Shown one piece after another: positions 18,330-28,605 of a stretch of DNA of 32,000 nucleotides. The notes below the pieces were generated by a model. The model had not been told where the DNA came from. It made no database searches and worked only from the letters and a program-made list of their open reading frames with translations. The stretch is from Candidatus Saccharimonadota bacterium (GTDB lineage: Bacteria; Pseudomonadota; Gammaproteobacteria; Enterobacterales; Enterobacteriaceae). The stretch is from positions 390,001 to 422,000 of the forward strand of contig CP188087.1 of NCBI GenBank assembly GCA_049942775.1, written 5' to 3'. Position numbers and translations under genes: made by a program. The first letter of the stretch is position 1. Each line of letters starts with the position of its first letter.

Positions 18330-21300
18330 ATGTTATTTATATATCAATCTAATGATTCAAAAATTTTACTAAGAAAATCTTTAAAAATAATAAAAGATCA
18401 ACCTCTCAAAAACCCTTTAAAAACAGAAACTTTTTTAGTAAAGAACAAAGAAATAGAAAAATGGATAAAAATTTACATATCTCATTTTTTTGGGATATAT
18501 GCAAATATTGATTTTTTATCTATTGATTATTTTATAAAAAAAATATTTATTAAAATAAACTCAGATGTTTTAAATCAATATTTATTAAACAAAAAAAAAA
18601 TATTTTGGAAATTAATGAATTTAAAAAATATTAATGATTTTTTAAGATATAAAAAAAACAACATAAAAAAAGAAGAAATCTTAGAGTTTTCATATAAATT
18701 CTATAAATTATTTTGCAAATATGATATTTATCGTCCTAATTTAATAAAATCATGGAGCGAAAACCAAATATTAAACAGAGCAAACATTAACTCTATTCCA
18801 ATACAAAAATGGCAAAAAAAAATTTGGGAACAAACAATTAATTTTTCAGATAAAAATATAATTTTCAATTATTTAAATTTAGAAAACTTAATTTTAAAAA
18901 CCATGAAAAAAAAAAAAAAAAAACGTTCTAGAATATTTATTTTTGATTCAATTGATACTCCAAAAATCTATATTAATACACTATACAAATTCAGAAAATT
19001 TTATGACATACACATGTTTATTAACAACCCGTTTTTTGGATTACACAAAAATTATTCAGAAATAAAAAAAAATAGATCTAAAAAATCTTTTATTTTAAAT
19101 TTTGGGGAAATTGGAATTGATCAAATTGAAAATTTATTAAAAAAAAAGAAAAAAAAATATTTCTTTTATTTTCAAAAATCAAAAGAAAACAAATTACTAA
19201 ACAATATCCAAAACAAAATCTTACAAGAATCTAATCTAAAAAAAAGAAAAAAAAACCAAAAATTTTTTTTAAATTCAATCGATGATTCAATTAGTATTCA
19301 TATTTGCAATTCAAAACAACAAGAAATAGAAGTATTACACTGCAATTTATTAACAATATTAAATAAAAATAAAAAAATAAATTTCAATGAAATTCTTGTA
19401 GTAGCAAAAGATATACAAGCATATATTCCATATATATATGGGATTTTTAATAAATTTAATCAAATTCCATTTGTAATATCAAATTATTTTGATAAACAAG
19501 AAGAGGAAATATCAAAAATAATAGAAAATATTCTTAATTTAAAAATAAAAAAAATTACTTATGAAGAATTTTTTTCATTATTGGAACTTCCTTTAATATC
19601 TGAACAATTCTTAATTGATACAAAAAATATATTTGAATTAAAAAAATGTATTCAAGAATTAGGAATTAAATTTGGAATAAATAAAAAAAATTTAAAAAAA
19701 CAATTTAATATTAACATTAAATATAACACTTGGGAATTTGGAATAAATAGAATCTTATTAGGTTATGCTACAAACGATAGTTTAATCTGGAATTCTATTT
19801 TGTCGTATAAAAAAATAAAAAAAAATATTTACGAAGAAATAATTCGACTAAAAATATTTTTAAACCTAATTTATAAATGGAAAAAAAAAATATCAATACA
19901 AAAAAAAATAAAAAATTGGATTCCTATTTTTGAAGAATTTATAAACGATTTTATTCCGGAAAGATATAAAAAAGATAAAATATTTTTTTTGATGGATAAA
20001 AAATGGAAATCAATAATTAATAATTCACTAAAATCAAATTACGAAAAAAAAATTTCCTTGGAAATATTAATAAAAATATTTTTATTGAAAAAAATAAAAA
20101 GAAGTTATCAATCTAATTTATTTGAAGGAAAAGTAAATTTTTGCAATTTAAATTCAATAGAAAACGTTACTTCTAATATAATTTGTACCTTAGGAATAAA
20201 TAAACAAAACTATTCAATGAATAATGATAACGTAGAATATATTGATTTAATAAAAAATTATCCAGAAAAAGGAGATCTAAATTCACAAAAAGAAAATCTT
20301 TATAGTTTTTTAAAAATTATTCTTAATTCTAAGAAATATCTACTAATTAGTTATTCAAAAGAAAAAAATGAAAAAAATATTGATAATTGTTCATTTTTAA
20401 TAAAAGAACTAAAAAAATACTTAAAAAAAAATTTTTTTATTAAAACAAAATCATCAAATAAAAAAAATGAAGATATTTTCAAATATATCTCTTTTAAATA
20501 TCCAATTAATCCATTTCTGGAAAAAAAAAACATAAATTTTAATAATTGTCAAATAAACAATAATAATCTTTGGATAGAAAAAAAATACAAAAAAAGAAAT
20601 AATACAAAAAAAATAAAATTATCAAAAATAGAAATTAAATCAATTAATTTTGAAAAATTCATTAATTTTTGGAAACATCCAATTAAATTTTTATTAAACC
20701 ATCGTCTAAATATATATTATTCTAATAATTATCAATTTGATCTTAATAATGAACCATTTGAAATTAATTTTATCAATTCATATTTAATTAAAAAAAAAAT
20801 TTTAAAACAAATGATCTATAAAAAAGACATAAATGAAATATTTCAAAATTATCAACTTTCAGGTGTATTACCAAATAATACATGTGCTAAATACTTTTGG
20901 GAAAAATGTATAAATGAACTATATCCTTTATGTAATAAAATAAATTCTTTAAATTTAAAAGAAAAAGAAATTGTACTAAAACTAAAACTTAAAAAGTTTT
21001 ATTTATATAATTGTAAAATAAATGAAACAAAAGATAATAACTTAATAATTTGGAAACCAAAAAAAATCAATATTATTGACGGATTATCTTTATGGTTAAA
21101 ACATCTCGTTTATTGTATTTGCATGAAACCAAACAAAACAAGTTTTATTTTTGGAACAAAAAATACTTCTTGGATATTCCCTATATTAAAAAAAAGTAAA
21201 GCTAAAAATTATTTATTAAAATATGTCAAAGGATACATAAAAGGACATCAAAAACCAATTTTTTTAACAAAATCAGGTTTTTTATGGATTCAAAAAGAAT

Positions 21301-21566
21301 TTAATATTAGTAATATAAATAAAAAAAAAAATGTATGTTTTAACTATAATTCAAGTTCAAATAATAGTAAAAATATTTTTTTAAATACATGGAATGGAAG
21401 TTCTCAATATTATGGAGAAAAAAATGATTTGTATATAAAAAAAATTATTTCAAAACTAGATAAAAAAAAATTGCACAAAATATGCAAAGCAGCTAATAAA
21501 TGGGCTCTTCCTGTATTATTAAACAAATTTCCAAAAAAAAGGAAAATAAGAATTGAAAAAAAATAA
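18330..21566 (+). CDS. recC: Exodeoxyribonuclease V gamma subunit (RecC)
   Basis: The call rests on three things: a 1078-aa ORF of the expected size (E. coli RecC is about 1120 aa), its position immediately upstream of and overlapping recB, and scattered alignable blocks. The sequence is extremely Lys/Asn/Ile-rich and diverged. An AAGGA Shine-Dalgarno precedes the ATG. Confidence 0.8.
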   Translation: MLFIYQSNDSKILLRKSLKIIKDQPLKNPLKTETFLVKNKEIEKWIKIYISHFFGIYANIDFLSIDYFIKKIFIKINSDVLNQYLLNKKKIFWKLMNLKNINDFLRYKKNNIKKEEILEFSYKFYKLFCKYDIYRPNLIKSWSENQILNRANINSIPIQKWQKKIWEQTINFSDKNIIFNYLNLENLILKTMKKKKKKRSRIFIFDSIDTPKIYINTLYKFRKFYDIHMFINNPFFGLHKNYSEIKKNRSKKSFILNFGEIGIDQIENLLKKKKKKYFFYFQKSKENKLLNNIQNKILQESNLKKRKKNQKFFLNSIDDSISIHICNSKQQEIEVLHCNLLTILNKNKKINFNEILVVAKDIQAYIPYIYGIFNKFNQIPFVISNYFDKQEEEISKIIENILNLKIKKITYEEFFSLLELPLISEQFLIDTKNIFELKKCIQELGIKFGINKKNLKKQFNINIKYNTWEFGINRILLGYATNDSLIWNSILSYKKIKKNIYEEIIRLKIFLNLIYKWKKKISIQKKIKNWIPIFEEFINDFIPERYKKDKIFFLMDKKWKSIINNSLKSNYEKKISLEILIKIFLLKKIKRSYQSNLFEGKVNFCNLNSIENVTSNIICTLGINKQNYSMNNDNVEYIDLIKNYPEKGDLNSQKENLYSFLKIILNSKKYLLISYSKEKNEKNIDNCSFLIKELKKYLKKNFFIKTKSSNKKNEDIFKYISFKYPINPFLEKKNINFNNCQINNNNLWIEKKYKKRNNTKKIKLSKIEIKSINFEKFINFWKHPIKFLLNHRLNIYYSNNYQFDLNNEPFEINFINSYLIKKKILKQMIYKKDINEIFQNYQLSGVLPNNTCAKYFWEKCINELYPLCNKINSLNLKEKEIVLKLKLKKFYLYNCKINETKDNNLIIWKPKKINIIDGLSLWLKHLVYCICMKPNKTSFIFGTKNTSWIFPILKKSKAKNYLLKYVKGYIKGHQKPIFLTKSGFLWIQKEFNISNINKKKNVCFNYNSSSNNSKNIFLNTWNGSSQYYGEKNDLYIKKIISKLDKKKLHKICKAANKWALPVLLNKFPKKRKIRIEKK

Positions 21567-24500
21567 CATTTTTACAATTAATTTAAGAAATACACAAATT
21601 ATTGAAGCGTCAGCAGGAACAGGAAAAACATTTACAATTATATTATTATATCTAAGATTATTACTAGGATTAGAAAATGTAAAAAATAAAAAAAAATTTT
21701 TTTCAATTCAAGAAATTTTGGTAGTTACATTTTCTAATGTAGCTAAACTAGAATTAACTGAAAGAATTTATAAATACATCCAAAAACTTAAAATTGCATG
21801 CATTAAAAAAAAAACAAAAAATAATAATTTAAAAATATTTATCAAAAAAATAAAAAATTTTAAAAAATGTATAAAAATTTTAGATAAATCAGAAAAAAAT
21901 ATTGAAAAAGCATCTATATATACTTTTCATAAATTTTGTAAAAAAATGTTATATTTTTATCAATATAAATATATTATGATTAAAAATCATAATTTAATTG
22001 ATAATGAAGAAGAACTATATTTATCATCAACAATTAATTTTTGGAGAAAATATTTATATAACTGTGAATACGAAATTGTAGAAATTATTTTAAATAAATG
22101 GAAGAATCCAAAAAAATTACTACAAGATATACATCTAATAATAAAAAATAAAAAAAAAATTCATAATAACAATGATTTTGATTTCTTTAAAAAATGCAAT
22201 AAAATAAAAAGAAAAATTTCTTATCTTAAAAAAAGATGGATATTAAAAAAAGAAAAAATAACTTCATATTTAAAAAATAATCATGTAAATAAAAAAAAAT
22301 ATAATAAAAGAAACGTTTCTAGATGGATTAATCAAATTGATAACTGGGCTTCAAGTAATTTAATTAACTATAAAATTCCAAAAGAACTAAGTCGTTTTTT
22401 ATTAAACAACATTGAAACTAAACCAACTGAAATCAAAAAAACACATTTGTTTCAAGAAATAGAATATTGTTTAAATAAAAAAAATTCTATTGAAAAAGTT
22501 TTTTTTATGAAATCTTTAAATGAAATTCCAAAGATTATAAAACAAAAAAAAATCAAATATTCTTTATATGAATTTGATGATTTAATCAATTGGTTTGAAA
22601 AACTTTTAAATAAAAAAAAAATATTAAATGAAATTAAAAAAAAATATCCAATAGCTTTTATAGATGAATTTCAAGACACTGATTTGAATCAATTTAATAT
22701 TTTTAAAAAAATATATTTTAACGATAAAAAAACATCAATGATAATAATTGGAGACCCTAAACAATCTATTTATAGTTTTCGTGGTTCTGACATAAATGTT
22801 TATTTAAAAGCAAAAAAAGAAGTTAAATCCTATTATCAATTAAATACCAATTTTAGATCATCTAAAAAGATGGTAGAAACAATAAATTTCCTGTTTTCAA
22901 GAGTAAAAAATCCATTTTTATTAAAAGAAATTAAATTCTCACCATCTCTTCCTTCTAAAAAAAATCAATCAATAAATTTTTTAAAAAATGAAAAAAAACA
23001 AACTGCAATAGAAATGATAATTGTTCCTGAAAAAATTAAAAGAAAAAATCTTGCAAAAAAATGGTTAGCCAAACAATTTGCAATAAAAATATTCAATTGG
23101 ATTAATAATAAAAAAATAAAATATCAAATTAACTTTAAAAACAAAATATATAAAATAAGGAAAAAAGATATAACAATATTAGTTAAAAATAAAATAGAAA
23201 ATAAAATAATACAAAAAGAACTAAATAAACTTGAAATTGAAAATATATATATTTCAGAAAAAAGATCTGTTTATACAACTCAAGAAGCTAAAGAAATATT
23301 AGTTATTTTAAAATCTATTTTAAACAATTATTGTGACAAACAAATTATGCTTGCATTATCAACAAATTTAATGAATCAAAATATTTATGATTTAGAACTA
23401 ATTACCAGCGAATTCAAAAAAAAATCCGATTGGAAAGAAAAATTTCATAACTATAAATTTATTTGGAAAAAAAACGGCATTTATAAAATGTTTCAAGAAT
23501 TTATAAATGATAACAATGAACTAGATCCAAAAAATGCTAATGAAAAAAAAACACAAATCACAAATTTGTTACATATAGGTGAACTATTACAAAAAAAATC
23601 AACTGTTTTAAAAGATAAAAACTTGCTAATAAGTTGGTTAGAAGAAAAAATTTTTTTTAATAATAAAAACGTTAAAAAAAAAGAAATTATAAAAAATATT
23701 TATGATGACAATTATATAAAAATTATTAATATACATGCATCAAAAGGGTTAGAATTTCCAATTGTACTAATTCCATTTTCTACAAACTATAATTCTATTC
23801 CTAAATATTCATTTTTAGAACTTAAAAAAGAAGAAAAAAATGAAAAATACATTAAAAAAACGTTTTCAATGAAAAATTTTTCATTGTTTAAGTCAGAACG
23901 ACTATCTGAAGATTTACGATTACTATATGTAGCTTTAACTAGATCTATTTTATATAGTGTTTTAGGAATAGAAATACAACAACAAAAAAATAAAACCTCA
24001 GAATTAAATTCAGAAATGCACAATACTTCAATTGGGTATTTGATTCAAAAAGGAAAAAAACTAACTTCTGAAGAATTTTTACAAGAAATAAAAAAAATAA
24101 AAAAATATATAAAAATAACTTTAGAAGAAAAAAAAATAGAAACTAAACAAAAAAATGCTCTTATTTTTTTCAAAAAAAATGAAACAAAAATTAATTTAAA
24201 AAAAAAATATTTTTCTGTTACAAGTTATACAAAAATAAAAAAAGAAAATGAAAAAAAAAAACAAAAAAAGTTACAAATAAAAAGTTGTTTTTTTTCTAAA
24301 TCCATTCCAAAAAAAAATAAAATTAACTTGAATCAAGATTCATTTCCTAGAGGATTAAAGTCCGGATTATTAATACACGAAATTCTCAAAGAGATTAATT
24401 TTTCAAAACAAATCACAGAAAAATACATTGAAGAAAAATTAATTGCATATAACATAGAAAAAAAATATACAAAAATTCTATTAAATTGGATAACAAATAT

Positions 24501-25032
24501 TATTTCTACTGATCTCAATGAAGAATCATTATTCTTATCAAATTTAAAAAAAAATGAATATCTAAAAGAATTAAATTTTTTTTTACCAATTAAAAAAAAT
24601 CTCAATAAAAAAAAATTACTCAAAACAATAAAAAAATTTGATAAACTTTCTAGTTCTACTTCTAGTCTTTTATTTAGTAAAAAAACAGGAATAATCACAG
24701 GATCAATTGATTTAGTTTTCTTATGGAAAAAAAAATACTATATACTAGATTACAAATCTAATTGGTTGGGAAATAATAAAGAATGTTATTCAATTAAAAA
24801 TATTCAATTAACTATGGTAAAAAACCAATATTACTTACAATATCAAATTTATTCATTAGCAATTCATAGATATTTAAAAAATAAAATTAAAAATTACAAT
24901 TTTGAAAAACATTTTGGTGGAATTATTTATTTTTTTATTAGAGCTGTCGATAAAAATAAAGACCATAAATATGGAATTTTTAAAACAAATACAAAAAAAA
25001 ATCAAATAAAAAAACTAGATAAACTATTTTAA
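21553..25032 (+). CDS. recB: Exodeoxyribonuclease V beta subunit (RecB helicase-nuclease)
   Basis: 1159-aa ORF with SF1 helicase motifs (EASAGTGKTFTI, FIDEFQDTD, IGDPKQSIYSFRGSD, TNFRSS, IHASKGLEFPIV, RLLYVALTRS) and a C-terminal nuclease motif (GSIDLVFLWKKKYYILDYKSN). The only possible start in this frame is the TTG at 21553, because a TAA lies two codons upstream. It overlaps recC by 14 nt. Confidence 0.93.
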   Translation: MKKNNIFTINLRNTQIIEASAGTGKTFTIILLYLRLLLGLENVKNKKKFFSIQEILVVTFSNVAKLELTERIYKYIQKLKIACIKKKTKNNNLKIFIKKIKNFKKCIKILDKSEKNIEKASIYTFHKFCKKMLYFYQYKYIMIKNHNLIDNEEELYLSSTINFWRKYLYNCEYEIVEIILNKWKNPKKLLQDIHLIIKNKKKIHNNNDFDFFKKCNKIKRKISYLKKRWILKKEKITSYLKNNHVNKKKYNKRNVSRWINQIDNWASSNLINYKIPKELSRFLLNNIETKPTEIKKTHLFQEIEYCLNKKNSIEKVFFMKSLNEIPKIIKQKKIKYSLYEFDDLINWFEKLLNKKKILNEIKKKYPIAFIDEFQDTDLNQFNIFKKIYFNDKKTSMIIIGDPKQSIYSFRGSDINVYLKAKKEVKSYYQLNTNFRSSKKMVETINFLFSRVKNPFLLKEIKFSPSLPSKKNQSINFLKNEKKQTAIEMIIVPEKIKRKNLAKKWLAKQFAIKIFNWINNKKIKYQINFKNKIYKIRKKDITILVKNKIENKIIQKELNKLEIENIYISEKRSVYTTQEAKEILVILKSILNNYCDKQIMLALSTNLMNQNIYDLELITSEFKKKSDWKEKFHNYKFIWKKNGIYKMFQEFINDNNELDPKNANEKKTQITNLLHIGELLQKKSTVLKDKNLLISWLEEKIFFNNKNVKKKEIIKNIYDDNYIKIINIHASKGLEFPIVLIPFSTNYNSIPKYSFLELKKEEKNEKYIKKTFSMKNFSLFKSERLSEDLRLLYVALTRSILYSVLGIEIQQQKNKTSELNSEMHNTSIGYLIQKGKKLTSEEFLQEIKKIKKYIKITLEEKKIETKQKNALIFFKKNETKINLKKKYFSVTSYTKIKKENEKKKQKKLQIKSCFFSKSIPKKNKINLNQDSFPRGLKSGLLIHEILKEINFSKQITEKYIEEKLIAYNIEKKYTKILLNWITNIISTDLNEESLFLSNLKKNEYLKELNFFLPIKKNLNKKKLLKTIKKFDKLSSSTSSLLFSKKTGIITGSIDLVFLWKKKYYILDYKSNWLGNNKECYSIKNIQLTMVKNQYYLQYQIYSLAIHRYLKNKIKNYNFEKHFGGIIYFFIRAVDKNKDHKYGIFKTNTKKNQIKKLDKLF

Positions 25033-25054
25033 TCAAAAAAAAAAATATAAAAAT

Positions 25055-26914
25055 ATGAAAAACATAGAAGAAATTATGCAACAAATAATAAAAAAAAAAA
25101 AAATTCAAGAAATAGATGCTCAATTTGCATATTTTGTTTCAAAAAAAGAAAATCTTAATATTGCATTAATTGCTGCTTTTACTAGTTTTGAAACAAATAT
25201 GGGACATACTTGCATAAAATTAAAAAAAATTAAAAAAAAAATTATAAATGTAAAAAAAGAAATTTATGTTTTAAAAAAAAAAAAAAACAAACTGTTTTGT
25301 TTCAAAAGTTGGAAAAAAGAAATTTTAAATAGTAAATCTATAAGTAATGGATCAAAAATTACTCCTTTAGTCTTTTCAAATAATTCCTTTTATCTATATA
25401 AATCTTGGAAAGCTGAAAATAATATTTTCAATTTTATTATAAAAAAAGAAAAAAAAATCGAACAAAAAAAAATAGAAAAGTATTCCATTATATTAAATAA
25501 CATATTTAAAAAAAAAGATGAAATTCAAAAAATTGCTATAGCTATAGCATTAACAAAAAAAGTATCATTTATTATCGGAGGACCAGGAACAGGAAAAACA
25601 ACTATTATTACAAAATTTTTATTTGCTATTATACAATTATATAATAAAAAAAAAATTAAATTAAAAATTGTTGCTCCTACAGGAAAAGCAATTAATAGAT
25701 TAAAAGAATCAATTCAAAAAGAACTAGATCTTATATCTTTAAAAGAATTGGAAAAGAAAATAAAATTAGATGAAGATATTTGTACAATACATCAATTATT
25801 AAAAATTAGAATAGATAATGAACAACCATATTTTAATAAAAAAAATTTAATAAATTTAGATTTCTTAGTTGTAGATGAAGCATCAATGTTAGATTTATTT
25901 ATGATGGAAAAACTAATTTTATCTTTAAAAAAAAAAACCTCAGTTTTATTTTTAGGAGATATCAATCAAATTCCTTCTATAGGAAATGGACAAATTCTAA
26001 AAGATATAAGTTATTTTTCTAAAAAAAATGCATATAGTATAAAATATGCAAGTATTTTAAAAAAACTAACTAATTTAAAAATAAAAACCACAAATCAAAA
26101 AAAACAAACAATTAGTGATAAAATATATATTTTGAAAAACAATTACCGTTTTTCTGAAAAATCCGAAATTCACAAATTAGCTAATTCTATAAAAAAAGGA
26201 AATTTTAATTTATTTTTTAAATTAAAGAAAAAAAAATTAAAAAAAATATTTTTCTATAAAATAGAAAACTTTAAACAATATAATTTTTTGTTAGAAAAAA
26301 TAATTTTACAATACTCTAATTATTGGAATTTAATTAAAAAAAAAGGAAAAACTAAAGATATCCTAATAAATTTTCTTTATTATAAAAATCTTACAGTTTT
26401 AAAAAATGGGATTTTTGGAACAAATTTGATGAATATCAATTTAGAAAAAAAAATGAAAGAAAAAAAAATAATAAAATGTGTTAATTATTTTAATAACGAT
26501 TCTTATATGTATAACGGAAAACCAATAATAATATGTAAAAATAATTACTCTTTAAATTTATCAAATGGAGAAATTGGAATAATATTAATTGACAAGTTAA
26601 ATAAACTAAAAGCACATTTTTTATCTTCTAATGGAAAGGAAAAAATCTTTCCAATAAATATTTTACCGAAATATAACACCGCTTGGACAATTACTGTACA
26701 CAAATCGCAAGGATCAGAATGTTTTCATTCAAATTTAATTTTCCCTGAAAAATTTAATAAAGTATTAACAAAAGAACTATTATATACTGGAATAACTAGA
26801 TCTAAAAATACTTTAAATATATTCTCAAATAAAAAAATCTTTAAAAAATCGATAAAAAACAAAACAAATAGAATTTCTAGTTTAATAAAAAAAATAAAAA
26901 ACTTTTATCAATAA
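25055..26914 (+). CDS. recD: Exodeoxyribonuclease V alpha subunit (RecD helicase)
   Basis: 619-aa ORF with SF1 motifs (GGPGTGKTT, VVDEASMLD, LGDINQIPSIGNG, NYRF, TVHKSQGSE, LLYTGITRSK). The recB-recD-argA adjacency matches E. coli. Confidence 0.92.
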   Translation: MKNIEEIMQQIIKKKKIQEIDAQFAYFVSKKENLNIALIAAFTSFETNMGHTCIKLKKIKKKIINVKKEIYVLKKKKNKLFCFKSWKKEILNSKSISNGSKITPLVFSNNSFYLYKSWKAENNIFNFIIKKEKKIEQKKIEKYSIILNNIFKKKDEIQKIAIAIALTKKVSFIIGGPGTGKTTIITKFLFAIIQLYNKKKIKLKIVAPTGKAINRLKESIQKELDLISLKELEKKIKLDEDICTIHQLLKIRIDNEQPYFNKKNLINLDFLVVDEASMLDLFMMEKLILSLKKKTSVLFLGDINQIPSIGNGQILKDISYFSKKNAYSIKYASILKKLTNLKIKTTNQKKQTISDKIYILKNNYRFSEKSEIHKLANSIKKGNFNLFFKLKKKKLKKIFFYKIENFKQYNFLLEKIILQYSNYWNLIKKKGKTKDILINFLYYKNLTVLKNGIFGTNLMNINLEKKMKEKKIIKCVNYFNNDSYMYNGKPIIICKNNYSLNLSNGEIGIILIDKLNKLKAHFLSSNGKEKIFPINILPKYNTAWTITVHKSQGSECFHSNLIFPEKFNKVLTKELLYTGITRSKNTLNIFSNKKIFKKSIKNKTNRISSLIKKIKNFYQ

Positions 26915-26941
26915 GAATTTTTTCATTAATTTTTTTACAAA

Positions 26942-28270
26942 CTATAGTTTGTACATTAAAACTTTAGAATTTCTTTGATAATTATACATTTTTTTTTTAC
27001 TTTCTGGTAAAGAATCTATATTTACTAAAAAAAAACCTCTTTCTTGAAACCAATGAAAACTTTGAACAGTAAGTACAAAAATTTTTTTTAAATTCATATT
27101 TTTTGCTTCAGATATAATTTTTTTTAAGAGAATTTCTCCACGAGAAGAACTACGATAATCTGGATGAACAACTAAACAAGCCATCTCTCCAATTTTTTCT
27201 TTTAAAAAAGGATATAGTGCAGCACATCCTATAGTTAAATTATCTTGTTTGATAACAATGAATTTATCTATTTCAAACTCTAATTGTTCTCTAGATCTTC
27301 TTACTAAAATTCTTTTCTTTTCCAAAGGTTTAATCAAATTTAATATTCCACCAATATCTCCTATAATCGCCTTCCTGATTTTTTCTGTCGATTCTACAAC
27401 AATTTGACTTCCTATTCCATCTCTAGAAAACAATTCTTGCAATAAAGACCCATGTTTTAAATAACTTATTAAATGACTTCTAGGAACTTTGTTTTTACAA
27501 GCCTCTATAGAACCTTTCAAAAAACGAATTACACTAGTAGAAATAAACTGTTTTTTACATTTGTTTTCTTTTATTATTTTTTCTACTTCACTAGGAAATA
27601 ATTCAGAAATAACATTTCCACATTCGTCTACTAACCCTTGTTTTTCGCAAAACCCAATTAATTTTTCTGCTTTTAATTGAATTGATAATGCAGTTGCTAT
27701 TTCTTCAGAAATCAAATTAAAACTTTCTCCAGTAACAGAAACAGCTACAGGACCAATTAATACAATTGACCCAATATCTAATTGTTTTAGAATTAATCTT
27801 TTATTAATTTTTCTTATTTTACCACTATGTAAATAGTCAACTCCATCGTCTATTCCAAGTGGTTGAGCTATAATAAAATTTCCGCTTACTACACTTATAT
27901 CCGCTCCTTCTAAAGGAGTATTGCTTAAACTCATGGAAAGAAGAGCTGTAATTTCTAATTGTAATCTACCAGATTCTCTCTTAACACATAAAAGAGATTT
28001 TAAATCAGTTATCCTAATGTTTTTATGATAAAATTTTTTAATTTTAAGTTTAGATAAAAAACTATCAATTTGCAAAGAAACACCATAAACCAAAACTAAA
28101 GAGATTCCTAAACTATGTAATAATCCAATATCACTAATAATTTCTGAAAAATTTTCATTTTTTATGACTTCACTGGATAACATGATAACAAAAATTTTTC
28201 CTCTATGAGCATTAATATATGGAAAAATTTGTCGAAATTCAGTTATTAGTTCTGTGTTTTTCTTATTCAT
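26942..28270 (-). CDS. argA: N-acetylglutamate synthase (amino-acid acetyltransferase)
   Basis: Colinear with E. coli ArgA from MNKKNTELITEFRQIFPYINAHRGKIFVIML (E. coli [32 protein letters not shown]) through the C-terminal GNAT domain (GEMACLVVHPDYRSSSRGE, HWFQERGF, YNYQRNSKVLM). I place the start at the ATG at 28270. An alternative ATG at 28306 is possible. The track ORF extending to 28492 runs through a tRNA gene and is rejected. Confidence 0.92.
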   Translation of the reverse strand: MNKKNTELITEFRQIFPYINAHRGKIFVIMLSSEVIKNENFSEIISDIGLLHSLGISLVLVYGVSLQIDSFLSKLKIKKFYHKNIRITDLKSLLCVKRESGRLQLEITALLSMSLSNTPLEGADISVVSGNFIIAQPLGIDDGVDYLHSGKIRKINKRLILKQLDIGSIVLIGPVAVSVTGESFNLISEEIATALSIQLKAEKLIGFCEKQGLVDECGNVISELFPSEVEKIIKENKCKKQFISTSVIRFLKGSIEACKNKVPRSHLISYLKHGSLLQELFSRDGIGSQIVVESTEKIRKAIIGDIGGILNLIKPLEKKRILVRRSREQLEFEIDKFIVIKQDNLTIGCAALYPFLKEKIGEMACLVVHPDYRSSSRGEILLKKIISEAKNMNLKKIFVLTVQSFHWFQERGFFLVNIDSLPESKKKMYNYQRNSKVLMYKL

Positions 28271-28401
28271 AAATAATTTTTTATTATTGAACCTTGCATG
28301 TTTCATAAAAAAATAACTTTGATTATTAAAATTTTTTTGATTTAAAGTTTTAGGAATAAAATTTAAAAAAGAATTTTTTAAGAAATGAGAATCATAAATT
28401 T

Positions 28402-28478
<77 letters not shown>

Positions 28479-28487
28479 ATACTAATT

Positions 28488-28516
28488 ATCATACGATAAT
28501 AAAACTAAAATAGCAA
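28488..28516 (-). promoter_or_regulatory. Sigma70-like promoter for tRNA-fMet (and possibly argA)
   Basis: On the minus strand, TTGCTA (plus-strand 28511-28516) is followed by a 17-nt spacer and TATGAT (plus-strand 28488-28493). The -10 element ends 9 nt before the mature tRNA 5' end. Hexamer matches are 4/6 and 5/6. Such matches are common in AT-rich DNA, but the spacing and position are ideal. Confidence 0.45.
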
Positions 28517-28605
28517 CATTTTTATTAAAAGTATTTTTACTTTTTTCAAAAGATATATGTATAATGTTATATATATAATTATATAAACAATTAATAAACT
28601 TTATA

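Noticed and set aside
28560-28565. Perfect TATAAT hexamer 41 nt upstream of ribH, considered as a promoter -10 element
   Set aside because: The only candidate -35 at 17-nt spacing (TTACTT) matches the consensus poorly. TATAAT-like hexamers occur very frequently in this composition, so the call is not supportable on its own.
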